Position numbers and translations under genes: made by a program. DNA of 35,847 bases from Chthoniobacterales bacterium. Lineage in GTDB: Bacteria > Verrucomicrobiota > Verrucomicrobiia > Chthoniobacterales > DASVRZ01. Under the pieces are notes generated by a model, which saw nothing but the letters and a program-made list of their open reading frames with translations, was not told the DNA's origin and did no database searches. This document shows, piece by piece, positions 1 to 9,079 of the stretch. Numbering within the stretch: the first letter of the stretch is position 1; each line of letters opens with the position of its first letter. Location of the stretch: assembly GCA_036524675.1 (NCBI GenBank), contig DATDBU010000076.1:1-35847 (forward strand), read 5' to 3'.

Positions 1-298
1 GGAGCGCCTTCTTTATTCGATCCATCACATCCGCCGGCAGCACGCCGAGCTTGCGCTCCAGTCGCTTCACCGGCAGCGAGCCAATGCCTTGCACATTCGC
101 CACGCCTTCCAAACGCAGGAACGGTAGTTTTGGCATTTCCACCTCATACTCGCTTCCTCGATCCTCCGATGTCAGCGGCACATAGAGCACCAGCACTCGC
201 GGCGGGTCTTCGTCGTATCGCGATACCACCACGACCGGCCGCGTCTTCGCCGTTATCCCGAGATCTGCCAGCCAGACCTCACCTGGAAGAGGGCTCAT
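1..298 (-). CDS. Type II toxin, MazF/PemK family (3' end cut by window edge)
   Basis: Reverse-strand translation from the ATG at 298 reads MSPLPGEVWLADLGITAKTRPVVVVS...; the GEVW..D and TRPVVVVS motifs are typical of MazF/PemK endoribonucleases. No stop codon is reached before position 1. The start overlaps the upstream antitoxin ORF by about 20 nt. Confidence 0.75.
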   Translation of the reverse strand, partial: MSPLPGEVWLADLGITAKTRPVVVVSRYDEDPPRVLVLYVPLTSEDRGSEYEVEMPKLPFLRLEGVANVQGIGSLPVKRLERKLGVLPADVMDRIKKAL

Positions 299-464
299 CG
301 AGTATGTCCAGCACTTCCTGTTCGACGGCGCGGGAGCGCCCGATGTCCAGCGCGTCGTCGTCCGCCAGTTCGATGATTTCAGCTACGAGTGCCCGAACCT
401 TCTGCGAGGTTTCAGGCTTCCATTCGTGCAGCTTTGCTTCGAGCGTTTCGGCGATGGCTTCCAT
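279..464 (-). CDS. Putative antitoxin partner of the MazF/PemK-like toxin
   Basis: 61-aa acidic ORF (MEAIAETLEAKLHEWKPETSQKVRALVAEIIELADDDALDIG...) lying immediately upstream of the toxin and overlapping it on the same strand. Size, charge and position fit an antitoxin. The antitoxin family was not recognised. Confidence 0.55.
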   Translation of the reverse strand: MEAIAETLEAKLHEWKPETSQKVRALVAEIIELADDDALDIGRSRAVEQEVLDILDEPSSR

Positions 465-582
465 GACGCTCTCACCGTATTCCCGTAGCCGAGCGCCGTC
501 AATTTCCCAATCGACCGCAACGCCGAACCATGCGCATCAGCGAACTGCTTTGCGCGTCACGCATTCAGAGGCGTCATTGGTG

Positions 583-969
583 TTAATTAGACATGGGACC
601 GATCGCAATAACGCCAACGATCATGAGGGCGAGCCCTGACGCCATGAGCAGACCGACGATGAACACTGCGCTGCGCCATCGGTGCCAGCGATCGACGAAC
701 GGAGTGAAACGAATGCCGACCTCGGCGAAGTAAGCTGCACAATAAAGAATGTTCGCTATAATGGCGGCCTCGACAAGCGTCGACGAGACAGGGGGGCCAA
801 ACCAGCTCTTGGAATACGGCCACTTCCAGGCAAGAGCCAACAGGACAATGGTCGCGAGCACTCCGTTGTAAGCGAGGCGCCTCCGCTCCCAGTATTGGGC
901 TGCGTCCCTGACGCAATTCTGCAAAGGCGTCATGGCGTGGAGCGTGGAAACATTGGGGGAAGGTAGCAT
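583..969 (-). CDS. Hypothetical small integral membrane protein
   Basis: 128-aa ORF with three hydrophobic helices (LATIVLLALAW, AAIIANILYCAAYFA, AVFIVGLLMASGLALMIVGVIAI). The overlapping alternative-frame ORF 587..1222 is Arg/Cys/His-rich junk. Confidence 0.45.
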   Translation of the reverse strand: MLPSPNVSTLHAMTPLQNCVRDAAQYWERRRLAYNGVLATIVLLALAWKWPYSKSWFGPPVSSTLVEAAIIANILYCAAYFAEVGIRFTPFVDRWHRWRSAVFIVGLLMASGLALMIVGVIAIGPMSN

Positions 970-1202
970 GAAAGGGGGGCGAAAAGATGTTTTTACGACA
1001 ATGATCTATTGTCAGCGTAGAAAAGAAACAGCTATCAGGCTGACTGTCTCGCTGAGCTCGGCTCTCACGTCTTGAACCGTCCGGGTCTGGCGGTGCGCAG
1101 TCCGCTAGACTGATTCCGGGTTGAATGAAAGGGATAGCGCTTTGCCATTTTTCATCACAAACTGCATCCGAATCGAAACGGGTGAAAACCGAGGTGCAAA
1201 GC

Positions 1203-1627
1203 TTACTTCCACGCTTTGACATAAGCTTGGTTTCCGTCGGGACTTGAGAGCAGCGATATCCCTTTCCAATCGACGAATACAGGCATCGAGATCACAAAGT
1301 CCGACGCGTTTTTATTTAGTGCGCTATCAGCTTTCGACGATGACACCATAAATCCCCAGCGTTCCTCGACTGACGGCGGCCTTTCAAAGGAGGACGGTAA
1401 TTCCATCGTCCGATGGCCGTCCCGGCTATTCCTGAGAGCAAGCTAAATTCTTGCACGAACGTGTGATCTCCTCTCAGCTCAATTGACCCGGAATGGTAAG
1501 GCGAGACAAGTTCATAGCTTCCCATCAGATCTTCTTCGACAATCTGTTTTTCTCGGCAAGACATTAGCGTCATCACAATCGCTAAGCAGGCAAAAGGAAT
1601 TAGGAGCCTTTTCATTTGTCGAATCAC
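1203..1627 (-). pseudogene. Lipoprotein gene with apparent frameshift (two overlapping ORFs, 1316..1627 and 1203..1406)
   Basis: The N-terminal ORF has a lipoprotein signal peptide and lipobox (MKRLLIPFACLAIVMTLMSC) and stays protein-like until about 1420. It then runs into a basic junk tail (GRRQSRNAGDLWCHRRKLIAH). The other frame continues protein-like from 1406 (MELPSSFERPPSVEERWGF...VFVDWKGISLLSSPDGNQAYVKAWK). A 1-nt indel near 1406-1445 would join the two parts. Confidence 0.4.
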
Positions 1628-1692
1628 CCCTTTGTCTCCAGTCGCTTGGCAAGCAACATTTCCGGTTCATGACAGTCTTGAAACGACCTGCT

Positions 1693-3045
1693 CTATTCCC
1701 CTTCCACCTCGAATCCGAGAAGCGTTTGCGCGTCACTCGTCGGGATTTCGTCTGCTGTATTTAGCTTCCGTTGCACGGCCCGGGAGCGCCGCGATGCGTC
1801 GTCGATCGAGTTGGTCGCTTCCTGCAATTTCTTTTGCACTTTCTCAAGGGCATCGCCGAATTTCCCGAACTCCGTCTTAACAGCGCCGAGAACGGTCCAC
1901 ACTTCGCTGGATCGCTTTTCGATCGCCAACGTCCGGAAGCCCATCTGCAAACTGCTAAGGAGCGCCGCCAGAGTAGTCGGCCCGGCAACCACCACCCGGA
2001 AATTTCGCTGCAATCCATCGGCCAGGCCCGGGCGCCGCAGAACTTCGGCAAACAGGCCTTCCGTCGGTAAGAACAGGATCGCGAAATCCGTCGTCTGCGG
2101 TGGGCTGATGTACTTGGTCGAGATCTTTCGGGCTTCGAGTTTTACGCTGTTTTCGAGAGCTACCGACGCATTTTCCGCGGCTGCAGCGTCGCCCCGTTCC
2201 TGTGCATCGACCAATCGCTGAAATTCCTCCTGCGGAAACTTCGCATCGATGGGAAGCCACACCGGGCTCCCGTCGGCCTCGCGTCCGGGCAATTTCACGG
2301 CGAATTCCACACGTTCATCGCTATCCGACCGTGGCGCCACGTTTCGAGCAAACTGTTCGGGTGCAAGCATTTGCTCGAGTAAATTACCGAGTTGCACTTC
2401 ACCCCACCCGCCACGCGTTTTGATGTTCGAAAGCACTTTTTTCAGGTCGCCCACGCCGGTCGCGAGATTGCGCATTTCTCCAAGACCATTGTGAACCATT
2501 TCGAGACGCTCGCTGACGATTTTGAACGAATCGCCCAGTCGCTGCTCGAGGGTGGCATGCAATTTTTCGTCCACGGTGGCGCGCATCTGTTCCAGCTTCT
2601 GGGTGTTGTCCGCCTGGATCTCTGCGAGCTTGCGTTCGATCGTGTCGCGCATGGCCGCCAGGCGCTGTTCGTTGCCTTGAGAAAGCGCGTTCAGATTTCT
2701 CGTAAATCCTTCGAGTTGCGCTTGTTGGAATGCCGCAAAATCACCGATCCGCCCTCCGATCTGATGCGAGAACCCGTCCAAGTGATTCTGCTGCAGCTGC
2801 GCGATCTCAGCCATTCTCGCGACAAAACTGTCGCCGAAACGTTGCACCGAAGCCGTTAACTCTTCGCGCATCTGCCTGTTGGCGACCCCCCCTTCCTCGC
2901 GATTTTGCGCAAACTCATCGCGTGTCGTCTTTTCTGCTGAATCCAGCGCACCAAGCACTCTCGCATCGCGCCGCAAAAGCAACGCGACGATCTGCAGAAT
3001 GACAATGACTCCAAGCAGGGAAATAACAGTAATCGGGAACCACAT
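1693..3045 (-). CDS. rmuC: DNA recombination protein RmuC
   Basis: 450 aa with an N-terminal TM helix, a long coiled-coil and the conserved RmuC core (KTRGGWGEVQLGNLLEQ..., FAILFLPTEGLFAEVLR). Confidence 0.9.
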   Translation of the reverse strand: MWFPITVISLLGVIVILQIVALLLRRDARVLGALDSAEKTTRDEFAQNREEGGVANRQMREELTASVQRFGDSFVARMAEIAQLQQNHLDGFSHQIGGRIGDFAAFQQAQLEGFTRNLNALSQGNEQRLAAMRDTIERKLAEIQADNTQKLEQMRATVDEKLHATLEQRLGDSFKIVSERLEMVHNGLGEMRNLATGVGDLKKVLSNIKTRGGWGEVQLGNLLEQMLAPEQFARNVAPRSDSDERVEFAVKLPGREADGSPVWLPIDAKFPQEEFQRLVDAQERGDAAAAENASVALENSVKLEARKISTKYISPPQTTDFAILFLPTEGLFAEVLRRPGLADGLQRNFRVVVAGPTTLAALLSSLQMGFRTLAIEKRSSEVWTVLGAVKTEFGKFGDALEKVQKKLQEATNSIDDASRRSRAVQRKLNTADEIPTSDAQTLLGFEVEGE

Positions 3046-3168
3046 TCGGGGTGTAATACACCAATTGCCGCAGCCTTCCGCAACTCCACCAGGTCCTCGC
3101 CGCCGTATTTCGGGATGACACGTCCGAAAGACATCGCCGGAATCTCAATCCGCGTCTAAGCATCCCGC

Positions 3169-3321
3169 ATGTTTCTGAAAGTCCTGCGCTTCCTCGCTGC
3201 GTTCTTCGTCGGGATCATTCTCTTGATCGCCATTGCATGGACATTCGGCGCTATCTACTTCGACGGACCGATCCAGACAGGACACGGAAACCTCTGGCTC
3301 GCGAGCGGCTGGCTGTTCTGA
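3169..3321 (+). other. N-terminal TM segment of the DUF4105 gene, stranded in a different frame
   Basis: Encodes MFLKVLRFLAAFFVGIILLIAIAWTFGAIYFDGPIQTGHGNLWLASGWLF* in the +1 frame relative to ORF 3237..4091. It looks like the missing membrane anchor of the downstream DUF4105 protein. Confidence 0.45.
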
Positions 3322-4091
3322 TCGTTCTAGGAATGGAGCTCTCCATCCAACCATCGAATAATCGCGACTGGCCGCCGGAATTGGCCCGAACGGCTTTCGC
3401 CGACGTTGCGGGCGACGCCGTTCGCAATTTCGACTATCGGAAGGACGCTCCACCCGTGGAAAACTGGGAAACCCGCACCGTCCATCTTTCCAATCTGCGC
3501 GGCGCGGATTTTTTTCTGAACTACTGGAGCTCCTCGTGGATCGCACATCCGATCCTGAGCTTCGATTTCGGGCCGGAAGGTCATATCGCGTTTTCCATCG
3601 AAACGCGGCCAGACAAGCACGAGTCCTACTCGACGCTTGGCGGTCTTTACCGACGCTTCGAGTTGATTTATGTCGTTGCCGACGAACGGGATGTGATCCG
3701 TGTGCGAACCAATTATCGCGATAACGGCCACGGCGAAGATGTGTACCTTTTCAAGCTCCAAACCCATCCAAATAGATTGCCAAAGAGGTTTTTGGAGTAC
3801 ATCGAACAGCTCAACGAGCTCTATCAAACGCCGCGGTTTTACAACGTCATTTCCCACAATTGCACTACGAGCATTCTGGCGCAGACGACTCAAAAGAGTC
3901 GCTTGCCAGCGGATTGGCGCGTTCTGCTCAACGGGAAAATGGACGAATGGTTGGAGCAACTCGGCGCTTTCAAATCCACGCTGCCTTTGGACCGAGCTGA
4001 AACGAAAAGGCAATATCGACGAGCAGCCAAAGCTGCCGACGAGGCGCCGGATTTCAGCGCACGGATCCGGGCAGGTGTTCCTGGTTTCTAG
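3237..4091 (+). CDS. DUF4105 domain protein (Lnb N-terminal periplasmic domain family), likely N-terminally frameshifted
   Basis: Contains ...LAVLIVLGMELSIQPSNNRDWPPE... and ...YNVISHNCTTSILA..., motifs I recognise from the DUF4105 family. The first ~30 residues of this frame (MDIRRYLLRRTDPDRTRKP...) are not protein-like and overlap the TM-encoding ORF 3169..3321. Confidence 0.7.
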   Translation: MDIRRYLLRRTDPDRTRKPLARERLAVLIVLGMELSIQPSNNRDWPPELARTAFADVAGDAVRNFDYRKDAPPVENWETRTVHLSNLRGADFFLNYWSSSWIAHPILSFDFGPEGHIAFSIETRPDKHESYSTLGGLYRRFELIYVVADERDVIRVRTNYRDNGHGEDVYLFKLQTHPNRLPKRFLEYIEQLNELYQTPRFYNVISHNCTTSILAQTTQKSRLPADWRVLLNGKMDEWLEQLGAFKSTLPLDRAETKRQYRRAAKAADEAPDFSARIRAGVPGF

Positions 4092-4108
4092 GCCCAATAA
4101 CGAATCGA

Positions 4109-5023
4109 TCACCCGGGCACGTCGATGCCCTTGAGTGTCGAAAAACTCACCTCCCGCATGATTCGAACAAATTCCTGTATATAAGCGAATGAAGCTGCAC
4201 TGGCCGTGGTCGCTGCATGCAGTTGACTCCGCAACCCACTGCGCCCCACCGGTTTGGACACAACATAATTACGATCCAGAAACGGCTGGACGGTCCAGCC
4301 CGGCAACGCCGCGACCCCTCGGCCGCTGGCAACCAGTTGGAGAATGGCGATTGTCAGCTCTGTCGTGCGCCGTGCGGGATTCACGTGTTTCGGCAGGAGC
4401 ACCTCTCGCACCAGATCAAGGCGCTCGTCGGGAATCGGATACGTTACCAAGGTTTCCTCCTTGAAATCCTTCGCCGTCAAAAATGGCTTCCGGGTCAACG
4501 GATGATGGCGCGACAAAAGCGCAAAGACTTCATACGAAAATAAAGGATGAAAAATCACGTCCTGCCGCTCTTCCGAGCGTGAAACGATCACCAAATCCGC
4601 CCGGTCTTTGCCCAACAAGCCGACCGGATCGGGATGAAACCCGGACACCAGATCCAGCTCCACCTGTGGCCAATGCTCGCGGAACGCGTCCATTGAAGGC
4701 ATGAGCCAGTCGAAACAGGAATGGCATTCGACGGCGATGCGCATCTGTCCCGCCTGTCCTTGCGCTATGCGCGAAAGATCGCGCTCACCATCCTGCACCC
4801 GACGGAGAACATCGTATGCAACTTCGATAAGCAATTTTCCGGCAGCAGTGAGACGCAAGGGGCTGGATTTTCGCTCGAAAAGCTCGACGCCATAGTGATT
4901 TTCAACGGCACGAACCTGGTGGGAAACGGCCGGCTGCGAAAGACTTACCCGCTTTCCGGCTTTGGAAAGATTTCCCGTTTCAGCAAGGGCCACGAGCGTT
5001 TTGAAGTGACGCAATTCCAGCAT
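4109..5023 (-). CDS. metR: LysR-family transcriptional regulator, probable MetR (divergent from metE)
   Basis: N-terminal HTH (MLELRHFKTLVALAETGNLSKAGKRVSLSQPAVSHQV) followed by a LysR substrate-binding domain. The start is set at the internal Met (5023), because the longer N-terminus of ORF 4109..5137 is not protein-like. It is divergently arranged with the cobalamin-independent methionine synthase gene. Confidence 0.8.
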   Translation of the reverse strand: MLELRHFKTLVALAETGNLSKAGKRVSLSQPAVSHQVRAVENHYGVELFERKSSPLRLTAAGKLLIEVAYDVLRRVQDGERDLSRIAQGQAGQMRIAVECHSCFDWLMPSMDAFREHWPQVELDLVSGFHPDPVGLLGKDRADLVIVSRSEERQDVIFHPLFSYEVFALLSRHHPLTRKPFLTAKDFKEETLVTYPIPDERLDLVREVLLPKHVNPARRTTELTIAILQLVASGRGVAALPGWTVQPFLDRNYVVSKPVGRSGLRSQLHAATTASAASFAYIQEFVRIMREVSFSTLKGIDVPG

Positions 5024-5034
5024 GCAGAACAGGC

Positions 5035-5057
5035 CATCATAAATGCTGTGAATGATG
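5035..5057. promoter_or_regulatory. Candidate LysR/MetR operator dyad CATCAT-N11-ATGATG
   Basis: Perfect 6-bp inverted repeat with an 11-bp spacer (T-N11-A architecture) in the metR-metE intergenic region. Related AATGA(T/C)G repeats lie at 5075-5095. Confidence 0.35.
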
Positions 5058-5111
5058 AAACTCAAAACAACGCATGATGCGAATGACGATTTTTCGAAGA
5101 AGGCTGATAAA

Positions 5112-7397
5112 ATGGACGGAAAACTTTTCACCCACAACCTCGGCTACCCCCGCATCGGCGAACAACGCGAACTCAAGAAAGCCACCGAAGCCTATTGGAA
5201 TGGCAAAATCTCCCGCGCCGAACTCGAAACAACAGGCCGGACATTGCGCGCGGCCCATTGGGCAAAACAAAAAGCTGCCGGAATCGACCTCATTCCCTGC
5301 AACGATTTTTCATTTTACGATCAAGTCCTTGGCCTGACGTGCCTCGTCGGAAACGTTCCGCCCCGCTTCGAGTGGGATTGCGAAATGGTCGACCTCGATA
5401 CGTATTTCCAAATCGCTCGCGGAACCGGTCGTCCCGGTTGCGAACACGGCTGTTCAACGCATGGAGGCACATTCGCCAGCGAAATGACGAAGTGGTTTGA
5501 TACGAATTATCACTACATTGTGCCCGAATTGCGGCTGGACACGAAGTTCCGGCTTTCGAGCACGAAAATTTTCGACGAGCTCGAAGAAGCGCAATCACTG
5601 GGCATCAACGCCAAGCCGGTGCTCATTGGCCCCGTGACGTATCTCACACTCGGCAAGGCGCAGGAAGATTTTGATCCGCATACTCTTCTAGATCCACTGG
5701 TTGCAGTTTATGAAGAAATTCTTCGGCGCCTCAAAGTGCTCGGTGTCGAATGGGTGCAACTCGACGAACCTGTTTTGGCGTTCGACCTCTCAGATAGGCA
5801 GCTCAACGCTCTTAAGACCGCTTATGCGCGCCTCGCCAAAGTGGGCCCGAAAATGATGGTCGCGACCTATTTCGGGCCGCTACGTGAAAATTTGCCGCAT
5901 TTTCTGGAATTGCCTGTGGCTGCTCTGCACTACGACGCCGTTCGAGGCGCGGAGGATCTGGACCGTTTGTTTACCCGGTTTCCAGAGCACAAAATCCTGT
6001 CTCTCGGTGTCGTCGACGGCCGCAATATTTGGAAAAACGACTTCGACAGCTCGCTGGCTGTGCTCGACAGAGCCCGAAAGGCGGTTGGCGAAGAACGGCT
6101 TTGGATCGCGCCGTCTTGTTCGCTTCAACACAGTCCGATCACACTGAAGAACGAGCCGGGGTTGGATCCGGAGTTCAGGAGCTGGCTTGCTTTTGCTGAC
6201 GAAAAACTGGCCGAAGTCGTTGCATTGTCTGCTCTTACGCCTGAAGCACTCGAGGAAAACCGCGCCGCTTTGGCTTCCCGGAACCAAAGTCCGCGGATTC
6301 ACGATCCAAAAGTCAAAACGCGACTCGCGGCTGTTCAGAACGCCGATTTCGAGCGATCAGCGCCGTTCGCTCAGCGTCGAAAATTGCAACGCGAGAAACT
6401 GAAACTGCCATCGTTTCCGACAACCACGATTGGTTCATTTCCGCAAACAGCGGAAATCCGCACAGCTCGCGCAAAGTGGAAACGCGGTGAAATGCAACCC
6501 GCAGCATATGAGGCCTTTATCAAGGGCGCCATCCGGGAATGTGTCGCATTCCAGGATTCGATTGGCATCGACCTGCCCGTGCACGGCGAGTTCGAACGCA
6601 ACGACATGGTCGAGTATTTCGGAGAACAACTTTCCGGTTTCGCATTTACTAAAAATGGTTGGGTGCAGAGCTACGGCACCCGATATGTAAAACCGCCGAT
6701 CCTTTTCGGAGACGTGAGCCGTCCGCACCCTATGACTGTCCACTGGTCTGAATTTGCTCAAACGCTGACGGAGCGACCGATGAAAGGCATGCTCACAGGA
6801 CCGGTAACGATTTTGCAATGGAGCTTCGTCCGCGACGACCAGCCGCGTTCCGAGACCGCCTGGCAGATCGCTCTCGCAATCCGGGATGAAGTGATCGACT
6901 TGGAGAAGGCTGGGATCGCTGCCATTCAAATCGATGAGCCAGCTCTGCGCGAAGGACTTCCATTGCGCCACGCCGATTGGGAACATTATCTGGACTGGGC
7001 GGTAAAAGCCTTCCGGCTTTGTGCCTGCGGCGTATGTGACGACACGCAAATCCATACGCACATGTGTTATTCGGAATTCAACGATATCATCACCGCCATC
7101 GCTGCCCTGGACGCCGATGTGATCACCATTGAGACTTCGCGCTCGAATATGGAGTTGTTGGATGCGTTCGTCGATTTTGCCTACCCGAACGAAATTGGGC
7201 CCGGAGTCTGGGATATCCATTCGCCGCGCGTTCCCGGCGTCGAAGAGATGGAAAACCTTCTCCGTAAAGCCAAAGCCGTAATTCCACCGGAGAATCTGTG
7301 GGTAAATCCCGACTGCGGTCTCAAAACACGCGGCTGGGAGGAAGTGAAACCTGCCTTACGGAATATGGCCCAGGCAGCATGCAATTTGAGGGTCTAG
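5112..7397 (+). CDS. metE: 5-methyltetrahydropteroyltriglutamate--homocysteine S-methyltransferase (cobalamin-independent methionine synthase)
   Basis: About 760 aa with two MetE domains. The N-terminus [31 protein letters not shown] matches the canonical MetE start (M..HTLGFPRIG.RRELKKA). The C-terminal catalytic domain carries the zinc-binding MetE signature residues. The start at 5112 is preferred over 5052 on homology grounds and leaves an 88-bp divergent intergenic region. Confidence 0.95.
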   Translation: MDGKLFTHNLGYPRIGEQRELKKATEAYWNGKISRAELETTGRTLRAAHWAKQKAAGIDLIPCNDFSFYDQVLGLTCLVGNVPPRFEWDCEMVDLDTYFQIARGTGRPGCEHGCSTHGGTFASEMTKWFDTNYHYIVPELRLDTKFRLSSTKIFDELEEAQSLGINAKPVLIGPVTYLTLGKAQEDFDPHTLLDPLVAVYEEILRRLKVLGVEWVQLDEPVLAFDLSDRQLNALKTAYARLAKVGPKMMVATYFGPLRENLPHFLELPVAALHYDAVRGAEDLDRLFTRFPEHKILSLGVVDGRNIWKNDFDSSLAVLDRARKAVGEERLWIAPSCSLQHSPITLKNEPGLDPEFRSWLAFADEKLAEVVALSALTPEALEENRAALASRNQSPRIHDPKVKTRLAAVQNADFERSAPFAQRRKLQREKLKLPSFPTTTIGSFPQTAEIRTARAKWKRGEMQPAAYEAFIKGAIRECVAFQDSIGIDLPVHGEFERNDMVEYFGEQLSGFAFTKNGWVQSYGTRYVKPPILFGDVSRPHPMTVHWSEFAQTLTERPMKGMLTGPVTILQWSFVRDDQPRSETAWQIALAIRDEVIDLEKAGIAAIQIDEPALREGLPLRHADWEHYLDWAVKAFRLCACGVCDDTQIHTHMCYSEFNDIITAIAALDADVITIETSRSNMELLDAFVDFAYPNEIGPGVWDIHSPRVPGVEEMENLLRKAKAVIPPENLWVNPDCGLKTRGWEEVKPALRNMAQAACNLRV

Positions 7398-7461
7398 CGG
7401 CGGTTCAGCTCTTACGCGATTGACGCAAATTGCTTTGCAGTCTTTTCTTGGCCCTCTCGGC

Positions 7462-8010
7462 ATGCGCCCCATTTTCCAACGTTTACAGATGTTTTTTCTC
7501 GCAGGCGCGGCGTTGTTATTCGGAACAGCGGCGCCTCTCCGGGCTATCGAAGTGAAGCCGCCGTTTGGATTGAACTGGGGGGAAACGCAGGACAAACTCA
7601 CTGCGCTGCTGGATGGTGCCCAAGCCAAAGTTGTCGAGAAACGGGAGCTTAATGACAAAGAAATCTGGACCGTCGAAGGCTTGCTGCAACCGCGGCTGCG
7701 TCGGACGCTCTTTTATTTTCGGGAAAAGGAGCTGACCGATGTGGAACTACAATATGAGGACGCCTCGTGGGATGTGCCTAAATATGATGAGTTCCTCAGC
7801 GATATCCGCCGTCGCATCGAGCAAATCTACGGTCCCGGCACCTTGATTGCGCGGCAAAAAGGACCCGATCAGGGTGTTTCGGAGACGATCGTCGGTTACC
7901 AGTGGAATATGGAAAACGGGTCGCTGCAGCTGTTTTACTATGCAGCGGAAAAGCCCCCGGACGTGTTTCGGACAGTGAGCGTGCATTACAAATCGTCGGC
8001 GACGCGCTGA
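7462..8010 (+). CDS. Hypothetical secreted protein
   Basis: ORF 7420..8010. The internal Met at 7462 gives a signal peptide (MRPIFQRLQMFFLAGAALLFGTAAPLRA). No recognisable domain. Confidence 0.5.
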   Translation: MRPIFQRLQMFFLAGAALLFGTAAPLRAIEVKPPFGLNWGETQDKLTALLDGAQAKVVEKRELNDKEIWTVEGLLQPRLRRTLFYFREKELTDVELQYEDASWDVPKYDEFLSDIRRRIEQIYGPGTLIARQKGPDQGVSETIVGYQWNMENGSLQLFYYAAEKPPDVFRTVSVHYKSSATR

Positions 8011-8080
8011 AGAAAAACTCCTTACTCCTACTTGCAATCGAAATCTTTCCTCCATGCTATCGTCGTTTCTAGGGTAAGAA

Positions 8081-8626
8081 TTACTGGCGCTGCAATCGCT
8101 TCAATTTTCCCGAAATTCCCGCCTTCGCCGCGCGGCTCATGCGGTCGATAAAAAGGATGCCATTGAGATGATCCGTCTCGTGTTGAACGGCCCGGGCAAG
8201 CAGGCCGGTGGATTCAAATTCGACAGGCTCTCCTTCGATGCCGGTGGCTTTCACTTTTACCGACGCCGATCGCACAATGCTGGCCGTGACGTCCGGAAAA
8301 CTCAGGCAGCCTTCCGTCCCAGGCTCGGTGTCCTTGGAGAGCTCAAGCTGGGGATTGATGAGGACGACCGGCATGTGATCAGCGAGCGCCACGCGTTCGC
8401 CCCGGATGTGCATCGTGCTGGGACGTTCGTCGGAATCCTGCACGTCGATAACGGTGAGTTGGATGTCCCGACCAACCTGTTGCGCGGCAAGCCCAACTCC
8501 GTTGGCTTCGTACATCGTTTCGAGCATGTCGTCGGCGAGCTGCCGGATTTCGTCGGTGATTTTGGTAATGGGCCGACCCTTTTTGCGGAGGACCGGGTCG
8601 CCGTATTGAACAATAGGAAGGATCAT
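8081..8626 (-). CDS. def: Peptide deformylase
   Basis: 181 aa containing GVGLAAQQVG, EGCLSFP and HETDHLNG, the three PDF motifs. Confidence 0.95.
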   Translation of the reverse strand: MILPIVQYGDPVLRKKGRPITKITDEIRQLADDMLETMYEANGVGLAAQQVGRDIQLTVIDVQDSDERPSTMHIRGERVALADHMPVVLINPQLELSKDTEPGTEGCLSFPDVTASIVRSASVKVKATGIEGEPVEFESTGLLARAVQHETDHLNGILFIDRMSRAAKAGISGKLKRLQRQ

Positions 8627-8665
8627 GAAACGGAATGACTTACTGTCGATGATAACAGGTTCGGG

Positions 8666-9079
8666 CTAGTTGGTTTTCTCCGGTGTCTGTGTAAAGGCAG
8701 GCAAGTTTTTGATGCCAGCATCTTTGAGCGCATCCATGACTTTCAGGATGAATCCGAAAGAAACATCGCGGTCCGCGCGTAAAGCCAGCGGGCGAGCCGG
8801 ATCGCGGTTTTGCACCGCGGTGGTCAATTGAGTCAGGTCCTTCATTTCGTGCTCATCGAGAAGAACCTTCTCGTCCTTGGTGATGGCTACGAGCAGCGGA
8901 TCGGATGGGTTCGCAACTGCCTTCGCCTGTTTGGATTCCGGAAGATTGATGCTGAGCTCCGACTGCTTCGATTTAAACGTCGTCGTGACGATAAAAAACA
9001 TCAGCAATATCGCGAAGATATCGATGAGCGAGACGATGATGATCGTCGGCAGCCGCTTTTTGCGGGCGTAGAATTTCAT
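8666..9079 (-). CDS. exbD: Biopolymer transport protein ExbD/TolR
   Basis: 137 aa with a single N-terminal TM helix (IIIVSLIDIFAILLMFFIV) and an ExbD-like periplasmic domain. Its start overlaps the exbB stop. Confidence 0.85.
   Translation of the reverse strand: MKFYARKKRLPTIIIVSLIDIFAILLMFFIVTTTFKSKQSELSINLPESKQAKAVANPSDPLLVAITKDEKVLLDEHEMKDLTQLTTAVQNRDPARPLALRADRDVSFGFILKVMDALKDAGIKNLPAFTQTPEKTN

Noticed and set aside
130-639. 169-aa + strand ORF rich in Ser/Ala/Arg
   Set aside because: Antisense shadow of the MazF-like toxin and antitoxin genes; low-complexity and not protein-like.
974-979. G6 homopolymer (and G7 at 34405-34411) as possible phase-variation tracts
   Set aside because: Both lie in intergenic DNA and are not within or immediately upstream of a start codon in a way that suggests a switch. 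They are too short to call.
587-1222. 211-aa minus-strand ORF
   Set aside because: Arg/Cys/His-rich junk. It overlaps the better membrane-protein ORF 583..969 in another frame.
3327-4112. 261-aa ORF antisense to the DUF4105 gene
   Set aside because: Shadow ORF in a GC-rich region. The opposite strand has clear family motifs.
5052-5111. Upstream metE start ([20 protein letters not shown]...)
   Set aside because: This N-terminal extension is not found in MetE proteins. The ATGATG is part of the putative MetR dyad. The start at 5112 aligns with canonical MetE.
5024-5137. Long N-terminus of the LysR ORF ([16 protein letters not shown]...)
   Set aside because: LysR regulators start directly with the HTH. 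The internal Met at 5023 gives the canonical MLELRHF... start.
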